The position numbers and the translations under genes are program-made. Shown here one piece after another: positions 24,781 to 32,712 of a DNA stretch of 34,942 nucleotides. The stretch comes from an uncultured Spirochaetia bacterium (GTDB taxonomy: Bacteria; Spirochaetota; UBA6919), in NCBI GenBank assembly GCA_913053665.1, contig CAJXGR010000002.1, positions 1 to 34,942 on the forward strand, written 5' to 3'. Below the pieces are notes generated by a model. The model worked only from the letters and a program-made list of their open reading frames with translations, searched no databases and was not told where the DNA came from. How positions within the stretch are numbered: position 1 is the first letter of the stretch; every line of letters starts with the position of its first letter.

Positions 24781-24840
24781 TGTAGGGGATGACCCACGTG
24801 TCATCCCTGTAAAAGGGTAAACACGCGGGTTCACCCCTAC
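24781..24840. repeat. REP-like GC-rich element: two inverted GTAG-headed hairpin units
   Basis: Unit A is GTAGGGGATGACCCACGTGTCATCCCT. Unit B, on the opposite strand, is GTAGGGGTGAACCCGCGTGTTTACCCT. Each folds into an 8-bp stem. The element lies between convergent genes, and its terminal CTA supplies the TAG stop of the 24837 minus-strand gene. Confidence 0.55.
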
Positions 24841-27269
24841 TTTACTATAATGGGGAAAGATATTGTTTTCCCATCACCATATTGAATGATCACTGTCCAC
24901 TTACCACCCATGTCAAGATTAACTTTTCCTTTATAAATCCCTACTTCGCTTGTTGGAGTAATCGTTGCACGATCTGTCATTTCCGGCATAGTGGGAGGCA
25001 TTGCAGGCATATAGAAATTGAGTTTAACGTTTTTCCCTCCGTCAAATGGCTTTCCGTTGTTTTTAAAAGTGAGAGCAAACTCGTTTTTCCCTTTTTGGAA
25101 ATAATCGTTATCTTTCGTGCTGTAGACTGAAACAGTGATTAGATCCTGCGAATGTCGATGTATTAAAGTCCCACTGAATGTCCTTGTTTTAATAGCCTCT
25201 TTTGGAGTACTACTCTCTGTAGCAGGCTTTTCCTTTACTCGCATGGGCTCAACAGGCACTGCTTCTTTTTTTGACATCATCATGTCATCAGAAGCGAATA
25301 ACCAGTAGCCCATACCAAAAAACATGCCTCCAGCCAGAGGAGTTATGAAATTACTCACACCCACACCACTTGTTGATACGGATTCACTGGTGACACCCCT
25401 TTTGGTGAGTCGCAGGACGCTTAAGCTTGTTCCCATCTTACCACTGATTTCTTTATAGAGTGGGATCAATGTGTTGAAGTGGAAATTACCGTGAAGCCTT
25501 TCATACTGCCTAGTCCTTAAACTCGCTAAGCCAAGCTCATAGAAGTAACCGAGTTGATTCATTATATAGGAGTTGTCCACCCAGAGGTAAGATAAGACAT
25601 TGTAGGACAGCTTTCTAAGGGCCATTCTATGGTAGAATCGAGGGTATCGGCTGCGGGAGGCTTGAATCACTTTTCTCATATTCTTTTCGCTGAAGCAGAC
25701 CACTAACTGACGGCCAAAGTAGGTCCAGTAAACCGATATGGGGGATTTTCGCAGGTCTCTGAATCGTATAATCACCTTATGGACTGTGTGATTCAAGAGA
25801 GTTAGTCGGGTAAAGGGGGTTATGTGGCTGTCTGGCAGGCGTCTGATAAGAAGTCGCCACTGATCCTCTGCTCTGAATCGTTCTTTGACTGATACACTGA
25901 ACATCACTCTTTTCAGGAGACTTAAGCCAACAGTATCTTCCAAACGCCGAAAGGATGTGATCAGCTCTTCCGTATCGCTTTGTTCACCATTGATGGCAAC
26001 CATAACTTTACCCGAGAAAACTCCCATCAGTTCGTTTAGATCGATCCCTATTTCCCGTTTTACCTTCTTCAAGTCACGTATGTAAGATCGGTATTCTCGC
26101 TTCCCCCCAAGTTTATAGACCTGATCACCGATCCAGCTAAAGATATCAGGGAGTTCCTTAAAGGAAAGGCTCCACACGAGTCGGGTATCCTTGGGAAGCC
26201 ACCTGAAATCCCTTTTAGTGAGTCCTAAAGGTGTGATCTTCTGAAAGATAGACCTATACCTCGGGTCATAGGCCAATTCTATCTTTTCATGGTAGACACC
26301 CTTCTCAAAGGATTCTCCCGTAAGGAAGGACTCAACAGAGAAAAAACGATAGAACTTATCCACTTCAGAAGAGTCACGCGAAGGCCTTTGAAACCAGTCC
26401 GACTTATGGATCAGATTCTTAATGGAGACGTATAAACCGAAATAGGCTCCTTTTCCTAACTTATGGATCACTCTCTTTTTACGAAAGTGATAGTCCAACG
26501 TATCCCTTGCAGACGACGCTATACGATCCTTATATCGTTCAAAAGCTTTCTCACTAAAGGTGATGATATAATACTTTTTCCCATGTCTTTCCATTTTATG
26601 GATAGAAACACTCACCCCAAAACCTAACGGAATGACCCATCCATCACGGGAATCTGTAACATCACGAGAATGTCTGTCGTCACGGGATTCTCTACTGTCC
26701 TCAGAAGATTTTGAACTTTTCCTTGGTATATCCAAGAATGATTTGAAACCTGTGATCAGCTTTTCAATAGTTGGCTCTACGTCAATTGTTGGGTAGTAGG
26801 TGATGAGCAAGTTATCCAGTGCTATTTTATTGTCATCGCTGGTTAGAGCGACTTCAAGCTTTGCCTTTGTGAGAGTATAAATCTCCTGGGCGCTAAGATC
26901 TAAATAGCGTTTGAGAGAAGTTTGTATCTCCTCAAGAGGCCTTTCGTCGGGTAGGAAGGTATTTAGCATTTTAGCTAAAGGTATCTGAGACAGCTTTTTA
27001 CCCAATGGCTGGATCATGTAGTTTTGCGTGGCTATATCCAGACGATTGATAAAGCCGTAAAAATAGGTTTCTTTGGGCAGGCCGCGAACAAGGCTAGGTT
27101 GGAAGTACGACTGATTGAACTGTCTAATCTCCTTTCCCTTAGGGATTAAATCAGCCGGTACAGGCCCCAAAACCCCCTGACCCATGAAAAATAGGGATAA
27201 GAACACGATTTTCATCTTGCCGGGTAGAAGTAGAAGTAACTCAGTAAAACCATAAAATGCCATATCCAT
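24837..27269 (-). CDS. Large secreted/membrane-associated protein of unknown function with a FixH/YtkA-like C-terminal beta-sandwich domain
   Basis: The ATG at 27269 has a GAGGA RBS (alternatives: TTG at 27326, ATG at 27215). N-terminal hydrophobic signal. A Ser/Arg/Asp-rich low-complexity loop (SSKSSEDSRESRDDRHSRDVTDSRD). A predicted TM near residue 660. A C-terminal region (...FALTFKNNGKPFDGGKNVKLNFYMPAMP...GIYKGKVNLDMGGKWTVII) resembling YtkA/FixH domains. Confidence 0.6.
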   Translation of the reverse strand: MDMAFYGFTELLLLLPGKMKIVFLSLFFMGQGVLGPVPADLIPKGKEIRQFNQSYFQPSLVRGLPKETYFYGFINRLDIATQNYMIQPLGKKLSQIPLAKMLNTFLPDERPLEEIQTSLKRYLDLSAQEIYTLTKAKLEVALTSDDNKIALDNLLITYYPTIDVEPTIEKLITGFKSFLDIPRKSSKSSEDSRESRDDRHSRDVTDSRDGWVIPLGFGVSVSIHKMERHGKKYYIITFSEKAFERYKDRIASSARDTLDYHFRKKRVIHKLGKGAYFGLYVSIKNLIHKSDWFQRPSRDSSEVDKFYRFFSVESFLTGESFEKGVYHEKIELAYDPRYRSIFQKITPLGLTKRDFRWLPKDTRLVWSLSFKELPDIFSWIGDQVYKLGGKREYRSYIRDLKKVKREIGIDLNELMGVFSGKVMVAINGEQSDTEELITSFRRLEDTVGLSLLKRVMFSVSVKERFRAEDQWRLLIRRLPDSHITPFTRLTLLNHTVHKVIIRFRDLRKSPISVYWTYFGRQLVVCFSEKNMRKVIQASRSRYPRFYHRMALRKLSYNVLSYLWVDNSYIMNQLGYFYELGLASLRTRQYERLHGNFHFNTLIPLYKEISGKMGTSLSVLRLTKRGVTSESVSTSGVGVSNFITPLAGGMFFGMGYWLFASDDMMMSKKEAVPVEPMRVKEKPATESSTPKEAIKTRTFSGTLIHRHSQDLITVSVYSTKDNDYFQKGKNEFALTFKNNGKPFDGGKNVKLNFYMPAMPPTMPEMTDRATITPTSEVGIYKGKVNLDMGGKWTVIIQYGDGKTISFPIIVK

Positions 27270-27385
27270 ACCATCCTCATTAAGTCTATGATGATTTAAT
27301 TTACTTAAATTAAGTGTATTAGGCAATATATTAAAGATTTTCCTGAAGGTTTCAGTGACTTATGGTAAATTGTTTGATAGGCGGT

Positions 27386-29278
27386 TTAATGAGTGAGCCT
27401 ATTTTTAGCTCTTTGGATAGCTTTGGAGAATTGCTCCACGTTGAATTGGATCCCTTCAGCCACTCCGTCATAGAGGTTCATGGATTGTTTGGTGACCTTC
27501 AGATCATGGTTTTCCTTTTCCATCTCGTTTAAGTCTTTATCACTATTATCACCGATCTCATTGATGATGTTCTGAATGGTGATGCTGATCAGTGCGTTGA
27601 GTGTGCTGTCCGATGTGATCATCTTGTCAATAGTGTCTAACTGTCTATGGATAGCCTGAACCCTTTTTGGGAATGGACTCTTACGCCTTATGGATGTGAA
27701 AACATGATTGTAAAGCTCTTTAGCCAACTGCTTCCCCTTCTTTACCTCCTTATCCAGCCTGTGAAAAGCAGTCAACTGTTTTTCCATTTCCTGAAGGACT
27801 TTTGCCAAGAGGGCTTTATGATCCTCTATTTGGACGTTGGTTTTAGAGATACCTTCTATCTGTTGCCTGTATCCATTTGGGTTACAGAAGTATTGTTGTA
27901 TCACTTCCCTGAAGGGCAAGGCTTCACAGTTCTTAATACAGGCTCCTCCCTCTGTGGCATCAATAATGGTATTATCGACTTTCTTAAACTGACTCTCAAA
28001 CCATGCCTGGAACATCTGAAACTTCCGATCACTCTTGACTAAACCCCCATCATGGGCCTTCACATCGAATAAGCCGAATTTCTTAAGGAAAGATCGGCTT
28101 CGGGTATGATTGTTCTCAAAGCGATTCCATTGGTAGAACCAGTTTTCCTCGAAGTAGGCTCCCTTCATGTGGGTCTGATTCCTGGAATAGGCTAAGTCTA
28201 ATCCTATAAATACAATTGGATCACAACCCAACTTCACGCCCAGGCCATAAGCCGCTGTGGCAACAGACCCCCCAATCTCGATATTGCCTTTTGTCTCTGT
28301 CATACCCTCTAACCACTCCACAAGGTGAAACGAAGAACCGAGCATCAGCTTCCTACCCGTATATTGTCTCACTATCTTTGGCGATATAGACGGTTCACAC
28401 ACTAAAATGGCATCACTCTTCTTTAGATTCTCAAAGTACTTCTTGTTGATGTCCTGGGGGTCTACGGCGATGACAAAGTCAGGGTCAATGTCGTGGGCCT
28501 GGAGGATCTGAAAGCTTGTATCTACCGATATAATAATCCCTTTCCCTTTAATATCCTTTAGTAGATCTATGTTTTTAGCAAGAGAAGGCCCAGCCGCTAC
28601 GACCACACAAGGGATCCCCTTATACTGGTCAAATAGATGGCGAACCCCTTTGTGGGTGATGAAAGGACTTAGGTTTTTGAGTGTATTCTTTGTCCAGAGC
28701 TTCTGAAAACGGTTTAGCGTGGCCACATTAATCTCTTTGGTATTCTGAAAGTAATCCACAGCGGACTTCAGCTTATCATAGTAGTCCGGATGCAATCTAT
28801 GAGAGGGTTGATGGGTTATCAGCTTGATGCTGGTGGTCTGAAAAGGCTTCATCACTTCAATGAGGGCTTGTGGGTTATCAGCAAAGACTGTATGAACTCT
28901 TGGGTTGCTAAACAGCTGAGTGACAGGGCGGTTCTCAAGGAGTGATTTCAATATCTGCCAGTCAAAGTCACACACCACCACTTCACAACGTTTAAATAGG
29001 TTTAAAGCCTCTTCCACCAAATAACCCAAGCCGATCCCCCCAATAATCAACACTTCAGGCTCTTTTTCAATCGCCGCACTTATCAACTTGGCCGCCTCAC
29101 GCTTCGGATGGTACTTGCTATGAAATAATATGGTATCACCATCCTTTTCTACGGACAGGGTTGGGTCTCCCGATTTGCTTATCTCGACTTGATAGGCCGG
29201 ATCCTCCGAGAGGTCTTTTATTTTAATGACCCAATCAGGAAAGTGGCTTTCAAAGAACTGGATATTTTCTTGTATCAT
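27386..29278 (-). CDS. Motility-associated factor (Maf)-like glycosyltransferase, DUF115/MptE-like
   Basis: N-terminus LFHSKYHPKREAAKLI. Central VVVAAGPSL...IIISVDTS...PDFVIAVDPQ block and GGSVATAAYGLGVKLGCDPIVFIGLDLAY, typical of DUF115 proteins. Confidence 0.75.
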   Translation of the reverse strand: MIQENIQFFESHFPDWVIKIKDLSEDPAYQVEISKSGDPTLSVEKDGDTILFHSKYHPKREAAKLISAAIEKEPEVLIIGGIGLGYLVEEALNLFKRCEVVVCDFDWQILKSLLENRPVTQLFSNPRVHTVFADNPQALIEVMKPFQTTSIKLITHQPSHRLHPDYYDKLKSAVDYFQNTKEINVATLNRFQKLWTKNTLKNLSPFITHKGVRHLFDQYKGIPCVVVAAGPSLAKNIDLLKDIKGKGIIISVDTSFQILQAHDIDPDFVIAVDPQDINKKYFENLKKSDAILVCEPSISPKIVRQYTGRKLMLGSSFHLVEWLEGMTETKGNIEIGGSVATAAYGLGVKLGCDPIVFIGLDLAYSRNQTHMKGAYFEENWFYQWNRFENNHTRSRSFLKKFGLFDVKAHDGGLVKSDRKFQMFQAWFESQFKKVDNTIIDATEGGACIKNCEALPFREVIQQYFCNPNGYRQQIEGISKTNVQIEDHKALLAKVLQEMEKQLTAFHRLDKEVKKGKQLAKELYNHVFTSIRRKSPFPKRVQAIHRQLDTIDKMITSDSTLNALISITIQNIINEIGDNSDKDLNEMEKENHDLKVTKQSMNLYDGVAEGIQFNVEQFSKAIQRAKNRLTH

Positions 29279-29349
29279 AATGACTCACACGTTTAAATCC
29301 TTTTCCATCCCTATATCGACAAAATGCCAAGAGGATTTACTCATTCTCC

Positions 29350-29379
29350 TTGACGATCACTGTCTTTATTTCTTATACT
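29350..29379 (+). promoter_or_regulatory. Sigma70-type promoter candidate for the DUF427 gene
   Basis: TTGACG (29350-29355), an 18-nt spacer, and TATACT (29374-29379). Same architecture as the aroC candidate. Confidence 0.4.
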
Positions 29380-29453
29380 TTAAAAGGCCCTAGTCAATGG
29401 GGCCAACCATTAATGGAAAGGTTATTTCAATGGAATAGCCTGTAGGAGTGTGT

Positions 29454-29732
29454 ATGAAAGCTGTTTGGAAAGATGTTACTCTTGCAGAGAGTGACTCAAC
29501 TATTGTTATAGAGGGAAACCACTATTTCCCTCCTGATTCCATCAACAAGGAATACTTTAAGGAGAGTTCGTTTACCACTCACTGCCCCTGGAAAGGAGAA
29601 GCGAGCTACTATAGTATTGAAGTGAACGGAGATACCAATGAAGACGCCGCCTGGTACTATCCCGATCCCAAAAAGGCCGCTGGAAAGATTAAGGACTATT
29701 TTGCCTTCTGGAAAGGTGTTGAGGTTGTTTAA
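29454..29732 (+). CDS. DUF427 domain-containing protein
   Basis: AVWKDVTLAESDSTIVIEGNHYFPPDSI...HCPWKGEASYYSIEV...DAAWYYPDPKKAA is the DUF427 signature. AGGAG lies 5 nt before the ATG at 29454. Confidence 0.85.
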   Translation: MKAVWKDVTLAESDSTIVIEGNHYFPPDSINKEYFKESSFTTHCPWKGEASYYSIEVNGDTNEDAAWYYPDPKKAAGKIKDYFAFWKGVEVV

Positions 29733-29745
29733 TGAATCTGTCGCA

Positions 29746-29800
29746 TTAACAGTGTTTTGTAGGGGCGACCCGCCGGGTCGCCCCTACAAAACACTGTTAA
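29746..29800. terminator. Perfect 26-bp-stem palindrome with a REP-like GTAG core; probable bidirectional terminator
   Basis: ttaacagtgttttGTAGGGGCGACCC-gcc-GGGTCGCCCCTACaaaacactgttaa, centred on 29773, between convergent genes ending at 29732 (+) and 29882 (-). Confidence 0.65.
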
Positions 29801-29881
29801 ATAGTAAGTTAGTTTTTTCACAATTAGGTGAAAAAGACTAATTCGACAATAGACTCATTGAATTATTCCGTAAACTTGATA

Positions 29882-30883
29882 TTACTGCTGGATGAGCTTG
29901 AAATCTTCCGTGTCTAAATACTGTTTGGCTTCACTGAGCGGGAACCATTCCACATTAAAGTTCTCACTTTCTATAGGAGGCAGATCAAGGCCAAGTCGGA
30001 AGGTTATTTCGTAGTGGTAGTGGGTATCCATAAAACGTTTTTGCTCAGAAATAGGGGTTAAAGAGTAAATAAGCTCTTTAGAGTCTTCTGATAAGGATGG
30101 ACACAGTCTGTGAAGCTCCCGGTATAAAGCCTCTTTAGGGGTCTCATTGGATAAGACGTGAGTAGTAAAAAGCCTCCAGTTGGATGTTGGGAAGGGACAT
30201 TTTTCTTTGAGTAATAAGACTTCACTGCGTGAGTTCAACACGATGGCACGGATTACAGTGTGGTGCAATGAGGATGGGCTTTTTCGCATACGGTTATGAA
30301 TCTGACTGATCTCAAATTGAACCACATGATTTAGATCCTGAACACCTAGATCAAGATCTTCATTGTAGATTAAGTGATCAAAATGGTCTTTGTAGAGCAT
30401 TTCCAGATCATAGCGTTCTAAACGTTTGGATAGATCCTTCTCGTTCCATGAGCCTCGGTTTTTGATCCTCTTAACAAGCTCTTCTTTAGAACCAGCACTC
30501 ACAAAGACAGAGACACATTGATTCGGGAAATAATCGATAATATCTATGGCCCCAAGGACTTCTACATCGGTTATCAGGCTCACTCCAGAGTCTAACTTCC
30601 CTTCTACTTTGTCTTTACCAATGCCATAGTAGTTATTTCCATGGACAAACTTCCATTCCACCAACTCATGATCCCGTATTTTCCTCTCAAACTTCTCTCT
30701 ATCAATGAAGTAGTAGGGATTTCCTTCACTTTCCCCTTCCCTCATGGGTCGGGAGGTATAACTTGGGAGAAACTGGATGGCATCTAATTGCTCTAAAACT
30801 TTGGAGATCAAAGTATTTTTACCTGCCCCAGCAGGCCCTATAACGATAAACAGTAATCCCTTCAATCCTTTAGCCTGTCCCAT
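29882..30883 (-). CDS. gmk: Guanylate kinase fused to a C-terminal degenerate Nudix-like domain
   Basis: P-loop GPAGAGKNT, TSRPMREGESEGNPYYFIDREKFE, and NYYGI in the N-terminal roughly 190 aa. The C-terminal roughly 130 aa has a Nudix-fold-like layout (IRAIVLNSRSEVLLLKEK...ETPKEALYRELHRL) but lacks the REUxEE glutamates. Confidence 0.75.
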   Translation of the reverse strand: MGQAKGLKGLLFIVIGPAGAGKNTLISKVLEQLDAIQFLPSYTSRPMREGESEGNPYYFIDREKFERKIRDHELVEWKFVHGNNYYGIGKDKVEGKLDSGVSLITDVEVLGAIDIIDYFPNQCVSVFVSAGSKEELVKRIKNRGSWNEKDLSKRLERYDLEMLYKDHFDHLIYNEDLDLGVQDLNHVVQFEISQIHNRMRKSPSSLHHTVIRAIVLNSRSEVLLLKEKCPFPTSNWRLFTTHVLSNETPKEALYRELHRLCPSLSEDSKELIYSLTPISEQKRFMDTHYHYEITFRLGLDLPPIESENFNVEWFPLSEAKQYLDTEDFKLIQQ

Positions 30884-30891
30884 TTAGATAT

Positions 30892-31098
30892 TTACTTCTT
30901 CCCTTTCGATTTGCTCTTTTTTTTATGCTTCTTAGCTTTTTTCTTTACACTTTTATCAAAATCTTCGTCCATCTTGGACCAGTCATTACCATAATAGCCG
31001 TCGTCGCTGGTAGATACTGATTCATTGGCCCCATAACTGTTTAAACTGATTGCAAAAAGAAAGAATAATAAAATAAACCATCTCATAATAAACCTCAC
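30892..31098 (-). CDS. Small secreted protein with a poly-lysine tail
   Basis: GAGG RBS. Signal peptide MRWFILLFFLFAISLNSYGA, an acidic middle, and a C-terminus KKKAKKHKKKSKSKGKK. Confidence 0.5.
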   Translation of the reverse strand: MRFIMRWFILLFFLFAISLNSYGANESVSTSDDGYYGNDWSKMDEDFDKSVKKKAKKHKKKSKSKGKK

Positions 31099-31158
31099 TT
31101 GATGAGAACTTTTATCTATTATTGGCCACGGAGACGTTGAACTTGAATAATGTTTTTT

Positions 31159-31800
31159 TTATTCACAAAGAGAGTCCCCATAGTCACTTGTTTTAATTCG
31201 ATGACTGGAGCGTAGTTCATTTAGTGTAAAGGCAATCTTTTTTCGGAGTAATTGGAGTTGAGCCTGTTCTTTAGCAAACTTCATCTTTTGAGCGGCAGAT
31301 AGTTTTTTGTATCGATCATCTTCTTTCAGTTGCTTTAAAATGTTTTTAATGGCCTCTTTAGGAGGATTTTTAGCCTTTGGTGCAATGACATCTCGAATGT
31401 AGAGCTTGCTAATCAGGTTGCGTCTAAAGACTTCACTCATGACTTCAACCTTTTCTTTAATATCCCTTTCTTTTAATATTCCTTTATCTCTTGCGTCTTT
31501 AATCACTAAGAGTTCATCTCTGACCTTACCTAGGTGGATACATTTAGCGTTTTTGTCTTTTTTAGCTTTTCTGATAAGGGACGCCTTTACGAAGGGGTTT
31601 CCCATCGCCTGAGTGTCAATGGTTGCGTTAAACTCTTTTTCAAAATCCTCAATGTCTAAAACGGTCTCTTTGTCGATCTTGATGAGCCAACCCCTGGCGG
31701 CATAGACCGTTATACTCAACAAGCCAATATTAAATAACGTGACGATTATGAGTATCCATTTCGTTTTGTTCTGCATGATTCTACCCCATATTTTCTCCAT
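31159..31800 (-). CDS. Membrane-anchored SurA-N-terminal-domain-like protein (no parvulin domain evident)
   Basis: N-terminal TM. WLIKIDKETVLDIEDFEKEF resembles the start of SurA/PpiD chaperone domains. Lys-rich and helical. Paralogous to the next gene. Confidence 0.5.
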   Translation of the reverse strand: MEKIWGRIMQNKTKWILIIVTLFNIGLLSITVYAARGWLIKIDKETVLDIEDFEKEFNATIDTQAMGNPFVKASLIRKAKKDKNAKCIHLGKVRDELLVIKDARDKGILKERDIKEKVEVMSEVFRRNLISKLYIRDVIAPKAKNPPKEAIKNILKQLKEDDRYKKLSAAQKMKFAKEQAQLQLLRKKIAFTLNELRSSHRIKTSDYGDSLCE

Positions 31801-31853
31801 AAGTTATGGATGATTAATTTGTTAAAAGTAATTCTGATTATAAATGATGAATC

Positions 31854-32486
31854 TTAATTATCACTAACGATACTTATACTCTTATTATAGATAAGTACCC
31901 CTTCCAATCGGAGTTTTTCTACATATCGTTTAAGTTTTTTCATGGCTTTTTGGGCACGTAGCTGCTGTTTAATTAACTTTTTAGCTTGCCTAACCGGCAT
32001 ACCTTTGAGACGACTATTCTTGCGTTTGATTTCCTGTCTATAGGCTTTATTCACCTCGCTGGAAGAAACCTTAACCTTTGGATATATATATTTCTCTATA
32101 AACTTTTTAATAATCAATTGACGTTTTAAGTTCTTGCTGATCCCTTTAATTTGTCTATTGATCTTTGACTCATCAAAGAGCTCTTTTTCTTTGGCCTTTT
32201 CAACAATAAGATATTCATCCACAAAGCTTTTTAGATAAAGTCTTTTCCCGTCTTTGCTCTCTAAAACCTTTCTTATTTGCTCTTTTTCCACAGGGGCGGG
32301 TGAGTTGAGTATTCTAAAATAGACCACTGCTTTATAGGCATCGGTAAACTCTTTCAATGATATTTTATTATCATCGACCTGGACAATCCAGGTTCCTCCT
32401 GCAAAAAGGAGGGTCATCACCATCAAGTTTAAGGATAGGAGTGCAACTATGATTATAAATGACCGTTTTTTCATTTCTTCCTCCAC
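31854..32486 (-). CDS. Membrane-anchored SurA-N-terminal-domain-like protein (paralog)
   Basis: N-terminal TM, WIVQVDDNKISLKEFTDAYKAV. Same length class and architecture as 31159-31800. Confidence 0.5.
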   Translation of the reverse strand: MEEEMKKRSFIIIVALLSLNLMVMTLLFAGGTWIVQVDDNKISLKEFTDAYKAVVYFRILNSPAPVEKEQIRKVLESKDGKRLYLKSFVDEYLIVEKAKEKELFDESKINRQIKGISKNLKRQLIIKKFIEKYIYPKVKVSSSEVNKAYRQEIKRKNSRLKGMPVRQAKKLIKQQLRAQKAMKKLKRYVEKLRLEGVLIYNKSISIVSDN

Positions 32487-32712
32487 AATACGCTGTTTTT
32501 CAGTCCCTAGGGGATAACAATATATAACACATTATCAGATAGGTCAAAAGCAATTTATAGATTTTTTTATTGACTTTTCTTAAATGCTTCTTAGTTTTGA
32601 TATTTAAGAGATAGAAAAATAATTGATGGAAAAAAAAGTTTTATTTTGCGAATAGATGAGCTATATTATAAGAACTCTGTAAATGAATGAAAGTAAAGTT
32701 TAAGGATACAAA

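Noticed and set aside
29638-29841. 67-aa plus-strand ORF reading through the palindrome (…CRGDPPGRPYKTLLNS…)
   Set aside because: It overlaps the 3' end of the DUF427 gene in another frame and is kept open only by the GC-rich palindrome. It has no RBS and no recognisable fold.
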